Below are positions 36,864 to 46,918 of a DNA stretch of 64,000 nucleotides, piece after piece. Location: the NCBI GenBank assembly GCA_030704615.1, contig CM060732.1:22196001-22260000 (forward strand). Reading direction: 5' to 3'. This DNA is from Takakia lepidozioides (lineage: Eukaryota; Plantae; Bryophyta). Made by a program: the position numbers and the translations under genes. The notes beneath the pieces were generated by a model. It did no database searches. It was given only the letters and a program-made list of their open reading frames with translations, and was not told the DNA's origin. Every line of letters begins with the position of its first letter. The first letter of the stretch is position 1.

Positions 36864-37194
36864 TCTAAGCTATCTAGATCAGTCATAGTCAGGATCGGAG
36901 ATTTAGCATAGGAAGACTCGATGAGAGAATAGAGACACAGACGAAGTTCTGCACGGAAACTGGCCGATCATGAGCTGATCTTGCCATATTTTCAAAGTTT
37001 GAAAACATATCCTATATACACAGTTGAGTTCAGTGAATCTCTCAAGTTTAGATGTGTCAAATCCTTTCTAACATTTATGTACAAGTTGTCACTACTAGCT
37101 AAGTCTGCAACAAGTAGTTACAAGACTACCTCCTATTTCATCACTGCACTTGATCTTGAGGTTGACTGGACACCTGTCGATCTTCATGCTAATA
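36864..37194 (-). repeat. Copia 5' LTR
   Basis: Adjacent to PBS GGTTATGGGCCCA; homologous to 21280-21880. Confidence 0.9.
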
Positions 37195-37214
37195 GACGAG
37201 ACTGGGAAACATTG

Positions 37215-37400
37215 GCTTAAGTAGTTGGTAGTTGGCTCGACTCCACTTTGGATAATATGGCAATGCACCTTCTTTCCTATTCCTCAGTCTTAGTTAGTTT
37301 TGGTGCATTCCTCTATGACTGCAGCCTCCAAAATGGAACACCTCCATAACTATGTGAGCTCAAAGGATTCCAAGGGACCAAGTTGCCTGTACAACTGACA
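37215..37400 (-). pseudogene. Short relic of a PLS-PPR gene N-terminus
   Basis: Nucleotide similarity to 52925-53010 (GGTAGTTGGCT.GACTCCACTTTGGATAATATGG..TTTTGGTGCA). Confidence 0.6.
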
Positions 37401-37943
37401 GCTAGCCACTCCAACTTGTACGTGTTCGATGGAAGGTGGAGGAGGCAGCTTGGACACATTAACCCCAAGCACTGGCTACTCCATCAGGTGCTTCATATCA
37501 ACACCTTACTAGAGAGGGTTAAGATCTTAACATTTAAACCCCCTGGCATGTAACTAGTAGATTGTTTTGAAAGGTTCTAGTACTTCAGCCTGGGGATTAG
37601 TATTGGAGGGGGTTAGGGTTTACCGAAAACCCTAAACCTAATGGGACAACTGAGTACTTATTTTTAACTAAACTAAATTCAGAATCTAACACAATGTATT
37701 GAGCTGAAAATTGAATTACATTAGCAGCCAGTGGTTGCCAGCCCAAGAGTCTAGATTCAAATCCTGCTACCTTGTTGTGTGCTATTACCCTGTCCCACTT
37801 GCTTAGCCAAAGGGCACATCAAATCTGTCTGAAAACAATTATACACAACTGGTAGAGTCTAATTTATGTCTCACACGGTTTTAAGGGTTTAGGACTGAAT
37901 GCTACTATGCCATATTTGTGAAGTAGCTCCAAGTCTGATCTGA

Positions 37944-38817
37944 TTATAGCATTAAATGCTCTTCAAGAAACTGCTGAAAATCAGCGTCGCTCATATTGAA
38001 GGTACTGTCCTGATCGTTGATAAAGCTCGTGTCAGTTTCCCAACTTGGTCTATGATCTACTCCTTGGAGTGGCGCATGTACTGTGACTTCATGGTCATCT
38101 TGATGCTGAACGGGCGCAGAGACATTGGAAAATGAAGTAGAAACTCCTAAACTGTGGTCTGTCTGCTGCAAGTACGTATGATCCATTGGCAACTGCATCA
38201 TGGCTTTGCTTAGACTGTACATGCTATAACCCCAGTCTTCCTCTACATATGGAGTTGACATGCATGAGTTTTGGATATTGTCAACCAACCTATTGAACGG
38301 CTGTGGGACACCTTGCATACCATTGGGGGCTTCCGAGCCATCATTTGGGATGCTGCCTGCACGCAACCTATTCAATCGGTTTGTCTCACTTTCCCGCCCT
38401 TGGCAACCTTGCAGCAGATTGAACTTGGCATACTGAAGAGACCGACTTGATACTGAGCTGGAAATGTTACAGTCGATGTTTGCCTCTGGCGTTCTCGCTG
38501 GCGCTTTCACCTTCGGCTTGTACTGACGGCCATGCGGTTGAAAGTGTCTTCTACACCCCTTGCAGAAGTAACGTGGCTGATCATTTCTCTTGTTGGAGTT
38601 GTTGTTGAAATAAGAAAATTTAGTATCGGTGGGCTTGACGCAGCCTTCTCTCGGGCAGTCAAAGTGAGCTGGTTGAACCTGCAACATACTAGTCAGATTC
38701 GCTAGTGCACCTCAAGAACTTGCTTCCAGCAATCTCGTAAACACTTCCAATTGTGCTAGGGCGACTCGTCCCACCACAATTCAGTGGGGAGGGAGAGACC
38801 TGAGGTTTGCTAGACAT
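37944..38817 (-). CDS. Atypical Dof zinc-finger transcription factor (either single ORF 37944-38687, or short exon 1 at 38800-38817 spliced to 38678)
   Basis: CPREGC..TDTKFSYFNN..QPRYFCKGCRRHF matches the Dof signature (TKFCYYNN..QPRxFCKxCRRY). Open 247-aa frame with an acidic/hydrophobic C-terminus. TATATA at ~38860. Confidence 0.8.
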
Positions 38818-41061
38818 GGAAACTCACATGTGAGTGTGGGAGAGGAACTTATCCAGTCTTATATAGGCCTAGCGTTGCATTGAACAGACAACTTTTTCCA
38901 AAATAGTCGGAGGAAATCTTTTAATAACCAACTTTAGTGAAATCTGAGATGGCGGGCCCCATACAAACTAGTATGACACTGGATCGAGCTATGGCGCAAC
39001 AAGAACTCAATTCAGTCTCTTTTACGTTACGTGCTTGCCTCTGTCCAACTAGAACAACATGGCAACATGTATCCTCCTCCTACGTAGTTTTATCTACATC
39101 TGAACTTAACGATACGCGCACTGATCAGATTGACCCATGATGTCTCCCGCAACAGGCCCGCAACAAGCAGCCCAAGGCGACGCGCTTCAAAACAACCTGG
39201 AGCTGTACATCTGCAGAGCTCGATCTTCAACAAACAACCTCGAGCTGTACATACGCCATTTCTTTTCTGGACCTTCCCAATACATGAAGTATCCTCGAAG
39301 TATCCAAGGGGTGATTTACTGTGTTTTCAGGGACTGCTGATCCCTCTCTCTGAGTACTTCAGGTATTAGCAGCATACACCTGTACAAGGCAGTTCATCTC
39401 GAGGCATACTTAGGCAGGCCCTAATGGGGTCCATTGATCAGTGTTTAAGTTTTGTTTTGGTTTTGGAAATATCTTGAAATTTCCTGTGGTCCCATGGGAA
39501 CTTCAATGGCCCTTCTGCGGTCAAACTGTATGTCTTGTCCATAGAGCTCACCAATGGGTTTAGATCCTGTTAGGTGCCAGGAACCAAGATCTACCTGTCA
39601 ACCAGTTTGGAATAACAAGAGACTGCTAGAATATCGCCGAACTGACAGTTGCAGGTAAAATGGAACAGGCTCGCGTGCATGAAGAGATCCAGGACTAGGG
39701 ATTTAAAAAGTGTGCGTGGAGATGGCAAGATGGCTAGAGAAGGGATGATGGCGTACAGGCGCCTGGAGCAGATCTGGATGCGCATGAAAGATGATTTGTA
39801 GCACGGCGTGGTGGCTGGGTGGACCGGATGCTATAGCCGGTGCTGTGCTTTTAGAGTGTAGGTTGATGTTGGAATAGACGTCACTGGCCTTTGATGCCTT
39901 GTAGCGGCAAGGACTGTGATTTCTCTTTTGTATAGAGTGATGGTGTAAACCCTGTGAATAGCTTGGAACAAGAAAGGTTCGCTTTAAGACTTGTGAATAT
40001 GCTTTCGTGAAGAACAGCGGTGAACGATCGTGGAGTGGAGTGATCTCTATTACGATCCGAGTCAAAGAATTGTGACTGGAATAAGAGAGGCTGGTTACAT
40101 GAGGTCCATATTGTTGTTGATTCAAGCAAGCATATTTCTTGGGATCCTGATAGATTCCCTAGGAGCGGCAAGATAAACAAAGCGCCTGAAATGGTTACGT
40201 AGTTGGACCGAGGAAATAGAGTTAGATACTTTTCAAGTGGTATCAGAGCCGTTTTGCGATTGGGGAGAACAGATTGTGAATTTCTGAATTTCTAGAAGTA
40301 GGGAAATCGTGTGAATGAGCCAGATCTCGTTCGGCTCTGTGAGCACACACCCTGGTGACGACGATCCGGATAGTGAAATGGCGGGAGACCGTGAGCGCTC
40401 AGATGCGGCCAGTCTGCACCGAGCTTTAGATCGCGAACGTGGAAGTCAGTTGTTTTCCCAGCAGCAGATGGAGGCCTTAGGTACTTTGATTCGATCTGAG
40501 ATACAGAAATTGGCCCCTGCACAAACTCAAACTGAAAAGCGATCTAGGGAGCTGCCTATGAGTGAGCCACTGAATTAGGACGAATCTGAGGCCGACTCCC
40601 ATGAGGCCAAGATGAAAAGAAGCAAGGATGTCACCAGGGAAATCAAAAGATTGGTGAAATTGCCAGAATTTTATGGTAAGTCATCTGTCAAGCCCGAGGA
40701 AATATTGTCTTTCCTGGATACATTAGAAGAGTTCTTTGAGGACGATTATTCAGAGGAAGCCAAGATACAGACAGCTGCTCTACAGCTCCGTGATGCTGCC
40801 AAGCTATGGTGGTCGCGCCAGAAGCAGGAACACCGTGAACACAAGAAACCACCTGTGGATAGTTGGGCTATGTTTAAGACACTGTTCTTAGCCCACTACC
40901 TACCTGGCGACTATGCACACAAGATGAAAGTTGAATTGTTCAGGCTGAAACATGAGACAATGAGCGTGGGAGAGTTTAAGACAAGATTTGAAACCCATGC
41001 CAGTTATTTCCCCTCGTTGAGTGAAGAGGACAAAGTTGATTTTTTTGTTGATGGCCTCAGT

Positions 41062-42271
41062 GATGCCCCAATAGCAAGATCACTTGCATCGGTACACAGT
41101 ACGATTGCTCCCTTCGTAGGGTCGAGCAATCTTAGTATATGAGCATGTGTTAAGGCAAACTTCAATTTCTCGAAACTGTCATCACATTCTCTTGTCCACA
41201 CGTCTCTCAAGCTTACAGGACTCGAGTCCTTAAGCAGATCAGTCAATGGTGCTGCAGTGTGTGAAAAAAATTTGACAAACTTCCGTAGGAAGCTAGCAAA
41301 CCCAATAAAGCTCCTGACCTCAGTCTAATCACTTGGCTTAGGCCATTCAACCACTGTCTGGACCTTCTTAGGATCAATTGAGATTCCATCTTTGGAGATG
41401 CAAAATCCCAAGTAATCCATGTGGTCTACAAAGAACTCACACTTACTTCTCTTAGCAAACAGGTGGTTCTCTCTCAGTATGTCTAAGACCAAGCGTAGAT
41501 GCTGTTCATGTTCTTCTTCAGATTTTGAGTATATTAGTATATCATCCATGTAGACTAGGACCATCTTCCCCAAATATTTCTGGAACAAATAATTCATCAG
41601 ATGAGTAAATGTTGCTAGAGCATTCGTGAGCCCAAATGGCATCACCAAGAATTCGTAATGACCAAAACGAGATCGAAATCCTGTCTTTGGTATGTCAGAA
41701 TTCTTGATCCGTATCTGGTGATATCGAGACCAAAGATCAAGTTTTGAAAAAACTGACTCCCATATAGATAGTCAAACAAATCGTCCACACGAGGCAAATG
41801 AAACTTATTCTTGATGGTGACCTTATTCAATCATCTATAGTCCACACATAGTCTCAAAGTCCCGTCTTTTTTCTTTTTAAACATTACAGGGGCACCCCAA
41901 GGGGATTTGCTTGGACGAATATAGCCCTTTTCCAATAGGTCATTCAACTACCTTTCTAACTCTTCACTTTCTGCAATTGAATGCCTGTACGGTGCCCTTG
42001 CAACCGGTACAACATCTGACAGCAACTCGATAACATGATCAACCTCCTGTTCAGGGGCTTGATCCCCCACCTTCTTAAACGGTTTAAATCTCTTCCAATT
42101 CCCTCTCTTCATTGGTGACTGCCAAGGACTAGATGATCTAGGCTTGAACTCTGCCGTGCCACGAGCAAAATTCGAAGAACGTTGTGCCCTCACTTCGTTC
42201 TCAAAATTACAGGCCAAACGATATGCTTCTGCCTCGGTACGAGGGTTGTGGGCCTTGACCTTAAATTTGAG
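41062..42271 (-). pseudogene. Inverted segment: gag C-terminus joined directly to RT and start of RNase H
   Basis: The minus strand reads KFKVKAHNP..PEQ|[42 protein letters not shown]. Confidence 0.9.
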
Positions 42272-44060
42272 TGCAGGATGGGCAAGCAGTTGTCTATGAA
42301 TCTCGAAAGATCAGTCCAGCAGAAAAGAATTACCCAACTCATGAAAAAGAACTGTTGGCAATAGTTCATGCTCTGAAGATATGGAGGCATTGCCTGCTTC
42401 CAGTTGATTTTGTGATAGAGACTGACCATCAAAGTTTGAAATACTTGACCACACAGCCTCATTTGAGTCAGAGGCAGATTAGCTGGTCAGAACTGCTTCA
42501 ACAGTTCCATTATGACCTAAAGTATGTCAAGGGGAGAGAGAATGTGATTGCTGATGCACTTTCTAGGAGACCATTACAAGCTAATGTTGTCTCATGCATC
42601 AGTAGCACTATATTTCAAGACATTAAAGGTCAATATGAGATTGATAAATTCTTCAAAGAGCCATTCAAGAGTTTGTCTCGTGACCAAAGAACTTCTATTG
42701 AGAAAGAGAAGTACCGGCCATACCTCTTGAGAGATGGGGTGTTATTTTATGATGGTCGGCTATGTGTTCCCCTGATTCCAGACTTGAGATTGCGGATTAT
42801 TCATGACAGTCACAATATTCCAATCTCTGGACACCCGGGCTTTCAGAGAACCTATTGGTCAATACGGAAGCACTATTTTTGGCCAGATATGAAGAGAAAA
42901 ATCAAAGAGTATGTGCAGAAATGTTTCCCCTGTCAGGTTTTGAAGTCAGAGAGAGTCAGACCTCCTGGATTATTACAACCTTTATCTGTTCCTGGATGGA
43001 ATTGGGAATCCATTAGCATGGATTTCATTGTGGCATTGCCCAGGACCAGAAATGGCCATGACAGTATCATGGTGTTTGTAGATAGGCTGTCTAAGATAGC
43101 CCACTTGATACCTACAAGGATGAGTGCTACGGCATCTGATGTTGCATCCTTGTACATGAAAGAGATATTCAGGATCCATGGTCTGCCTCGGGAGATTATT
43201 TGTGACAGGGACTCAAATTTTACTAGTCATTTTTGGATTGACTTGTTCAAGAAATTGGGAACCAAGGTGAGACTGAGTACGGCCTTTCACCCAGAAACAG
43301 ACGCTCAGACAGAAAGAACCAACCGTACAATAGAGGATATGTTGAGGATGTACGTTGGTGAAAGACAGTCCTCTTGGGAACAATATCTGTATATGGTGGA
43401 ATTTGCCTATAACAAGCATTTCCACAGTGCCATTGGCATGAGCCTATTTGAAGCTTTATATGGACGAGATTACTTAGCTCCTGCTTCGCTTATTGCACCA
43501 CCATCAAATGTGCAGAGTATGAATGACAGGATCAGAGAGATGCACTCTGTATTGGACCTGGTGAAGCGTAGTATGCAGGCTACGCGGGAACGGGCTAAGT
43601 TCTTTGCTGATAAGCACATAACTTTTCGTGAATTTGCCATTGGTGATATGGTGTTTTTGAAAGTTACACCTAAACGAAGCAATCTAACATTGGACAAGTG
43701 TTATAAGTTGTCACCAAGGTTTTGTGGCCTGTTTAAAATCCTGGAACGCCATAGCACAGTGGCATATGAGTTGGATCTGCCTCCAACATGGAAGATCCAT
43801 AAAACTTTCCATGTCAGCCTTTTCCAGAGGTATATGTCAGACCCATCACACATCTTGCCGACATTGCCTTAAGCCATGAATGATGGTCAGCTGATGGCTG
43901 AACCCGAAAAGATTCTAGAAACGCGAGTGAAGCACCTGCGCAACCGTTCTTGGAAAGAACATTTGATTAAGTGGTTGCATTACCCAGAGACAGAAGCTAC
44001 TTGGGAGAAGGAAAATGAATTGACATTGAGTTACCCCTCATTTTCTGTCATTGAGGACAA
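42271..44060 (+). pseudogene. Gypsy-2 RNase H-integrase-chromodomain
   Basis: YPTHEKELLAIVHALK, ADALSRR, SMDFIVALP, CDRDSNF; stop at 43870, then EPEKILETR..LIKW..EATWE. Confidence 0.92.
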
Positions 44061-45715
44061 TGACCTGTCTTTGGGAGGGGGAATTTGTTAGGTGCCAACG
44101 AAGATCGACCTGTCAACCAGTTTGGAATAACAAGAGACTGCTAGAATATCGCCGAACTGACAGTTGCAGGTAAAATGGAGCAGGCTCGCGTGCATGAAGA
44201 GATCCAGGACTAGGGATTTAAAAAGTGTGCGTGGAGATGGCAAGATGGCTGGAGAAGGGATGATGGCATACAGGCGCCTGGAGCAGATCTGGATGCGCAT
44301 GAAAGATGATTTGTAGCACGGCGTGGTGGCTGGGTGGACCGGATGCTATAGCCGGTGCTGTGCTTTTAGAGTGTAGGTTGATGTTGGAATAGACGTCACT
44401 GGCCTTTGATGCCTTGTAGCGGCAGGGACTGTGATTTCTCTTTTGTATAGAGTGATGGTGTAAACCCTGTGAATAGCTTGGAACAAGAAAGATTCGCTTT
44501 AAGACTTGTGAATATGCTTTTCGTGAAGAACAGGGGTGAACGATCGTGGAGTGGAGTGATCTCTATTACGATCTGAGTCAAAGAATTGTGACTGGAATAA
44601 GAGAGGCTGGTTACATGAGGTCCATATTGTTGTTGATTCAAGCAAGCATATTTCTTGGGATCTTGATAGATTCCCTAGGAACGGCAAGATAAACAAAGCG
44701 CCTGAAATGGTTCTGTAGTTGGACTGAGGAAATAGAGTTAGATACTTTTCAGATCCTATACTTCAGAGCCAGAAGATTAAACAGGCTTATGTCCCAGTTG
44801 GAAACACGGACTAACCTCACACGAGACCTCACATACCGGAGGACACCGAGAAGAGCGACTGTAGTTTGACATTATTACGATGCGGCCATTTTCTTCCCTT
44901 AGGATACCTTCTTTCCTCGGTTGCCTTGCCTCTTAAAATTTACTCTCTCTTTGCTTAGCTAGTATTTAATCCCCCTCTTCTTCTTTGTTCTTTAAGCAGT
45001 TGAATGTGATTAGCTAGTGTTACAATAACTTCCACACCTCGAAAGCGTCACAAAGAGGGCCCAGAACTTGAGACAACACTAAACATTGCTTACACGGTTT
45101 CATTGTAACAATGATTCCGGCAATTGACCTAGAACCTCAAACCCATTTGAAAGGATTTTATGTCAGAAGCATGGAGCATGCCATTTTCTTCGTCGTGCTC
45201 TCAATTGGATATCATGGCAAGCAATAAGGCATACCGCATGACTAATGTCTCATACGGTTATTCCAAAGATGGATTAGTCAGGGCTCATATTGTTCAGCGA
45301 TGCTTCCCTGCTGATCTTGCAGCTCGACTCCTAAATTCTTTGAGGGGTCGGATCCTTCTGGTTTCTTCAATAAAAAGCATGTGCTTTTATAAGCACCTCA
45401 AAATGGACCCTTGTCATGATTCATCTTCTGAAATAATCTATATATATGACCATATCTAGAAAAAGTTCATAAATTTAGCAAACGTTCCAGAAAAGGAAAG
45501 CTTCACAAAAGAAGATCGTACTCTTTAAACTTGAAGTTAGGCCGGCTTCTCGACAAGTTCGTTGTTGTTTACAAGTGAGAAAGATTTGAACAAAGTTTAA
45601 CTTCAAACTGCGAGACCTCAACTGTTGCCTGTCTAGCTGAGAAGTACTACCTAGCTGGGGTTGCCTTGGAACAGCCGAGGTGTAAGTTAGGATCTAGAAG
45701 TTGAGGAGTACGACC

Positions 45716-46918
45716 ATGGGTAAGGTGAAATTAGAGATGAAGAAGATTGAGAATGTGATGAATAGGAAGGTTAGTTTTACGAAGAGGCGCTTTGGGCTGA
45801 TGAAAAAAGCCTTTCAGTTGTCAATTCTGTGCGACGTCGATATTGTGGTGCTCGTGTTCGGAGCGTCAGGCAAGTTTTTTCAATACTGCAACGGTTCGAT
45901 TGAGGACATGATCATGAGGTATGTCAATCTCCCCCAGGGGGAACGTGACAAGAGTTTGCAAGAGATGAGAAGAAGATGTGACGCTTTTGAGTCTGCTCTT
46001 AATATTGTTGGGGACATGCAGCGCTCGCATATGTCTCGAAGCCTCTATGTCCCGGGAAATCTTGACGGGTCCGTGCAGAAGATTCAAGAGGAGAGAAATC
46101 GGGCTTCTTCTAGTCAACAACAGCTTCCAACTTCTGGTCCAAGCAGAAACTTCATGGACGGGGGTACAGTTCATATGCAGGTATATATCGCTAGGCTCGA
46201 AGACCAGCAAAGGAGTCTTCATGCGGAAATAAATAAACTATCGTTTCATTCGCGGATCTATCTTGGAGACCCCGACATTATCCAACAATTGAGCATTGAC
46301 GCCTTGAGAAGAATAGATGCTCGATTGGCCGCATCACTTGACAAAGTTCGACGGCGCAGGCTCGACCTCATGAGCATGAATAATTTCCATCTAATCCCCT
46401 ATCAGCCAGCTCAACCTCCAGTCGGCATACAAAGACAAAATCCACAGGTTGCAGTCGATCCGCTGCAATCAGGAATTGACATGGGTCCTTGGCTTAGGGC
46501 CAGTTCCAGCAATTCCGTTGGGCGCCCTTTTGTCGATCAGAAAGGAGCAGCAGGGGAGGATACTTCTGTTCCAGCAGCTGAAGATCACAACAACGCTCAG
46601 ATCAACATGCAGTACACCATCCAAACTCCACATGTAGGGCAAGGACCCAATTCTGTTGGGCGCCCTTGGGCGGATCAGAAAGCTGCAGCAGGGGAGGATA
46701 CTTCTGTGCCAGCAGCTGAAGATCACAACAAGGCTCAAATCACCATGCAGTACATTAACATCCAAACTCCACATGTACAAATGCCCACAAATGTGCAGTC
46801 AGAAGGCAAAGGCAAAGGCCAGGCTTGCGACGGGCCCAACACTGGTGTAATGTCTGGTGAGGGAGACTGGGCAGATTTGGAATCAGGATGGGAGAGTTAT
46901 TATCTTGATGAACACTGA
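45716..46918 (+). CDS. MADS-box transcription factor, MIKC*-like, intronless (400 aa)
   Basis: MGKVKLEMKKIENVMNRKVSFTKRRFGLMKKAFQLSILCDVDIVVLVFGASGK followed by QYCNGSIEDMIMRYVNLPQGER (MIKC*-type I region) and a K-like coiled coil. Uninterrupted ORF. Confidence 0.9.
   Translation: MGKVKLEMKKIENVMNRKVSFTKRRFGLMKKAFQLSILCDVDIVVLVFGASGKFFQYCNGSIEDMIMRYVNLPQGERDKSLQEMRRRCDAFESALNIVGDMQRSHMSRSLYVPGNLDGSVQKIQEERNRASSSQQQLPTSGPSRNFMDGGTVHMQVYIARLEDQQRSLHAEINKLSFHSRIYLGDPDIIQQLSIDALRRIDARLAASLDKVRRRRLDLMSMNNFHLIPYQPAQPPVGIQRQNPQVAVDPLQSGIDMGPWLRASSSNSVGRPFVDQKGAAGEDTSVPAAEDHNNAQINMQYTIQTPHVGQGPNSVGRPWADQKAAAGEDTSVPAAEDHNKAQITMQYINIQTPHVQMPTNVQSEGKGKGQACDGPNTGVMSGEGDWADLESGWESYYLDEH
46510..46777 (+). 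repeat. 138-bp (46-aa) in-frame tandem duplication in the MADS C-terminus
   Basis: NSVGRP..DQK.AAGEDTSVPAAEDHN.AQI.MQY..IQTPHV occurs twice. Confidence 0.9.

Larger units (their letters stand above)
21280..37194 (-). mobile_element. Ty1/Copia LTR retrotransposon (half-tRNA-Met primed, Bryco/Osser-like), degenerate, host of four nested insertions
   Basis: TSD GACGA (21275-21279 / 37195-37199). LTRs at 21280-21880 (interrupted) and 36864-37194. PBS GGTTATGGGCCCA (36851-36863, minus). PPT AGTGGGAG next to 21880. gag-PR-INT-RT-RH fragments are in Copia order. Confidence 0.93.
39568..44751 (+). mobile_element. Ty3/Gypsy chromovirus with internal inversion and protease deletion
   Basis: LTRs at 39568-40235 and 44086-44751 (TG...CA). 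TSD GATCC. PBS TGGTATCAGAGCC at 40238-40250. PPT GGGAGGGGGA at ~44073. gag 40311-41060 (+), RT inverted (-), RH-INT-chromodomain 42271-44060 (+). Confidence 0.95.

Noticed and set aside
37720-37775. tRNA/SINE-like A- and B-box words
   Set aside because: No cloverleaf, tail or TSD.
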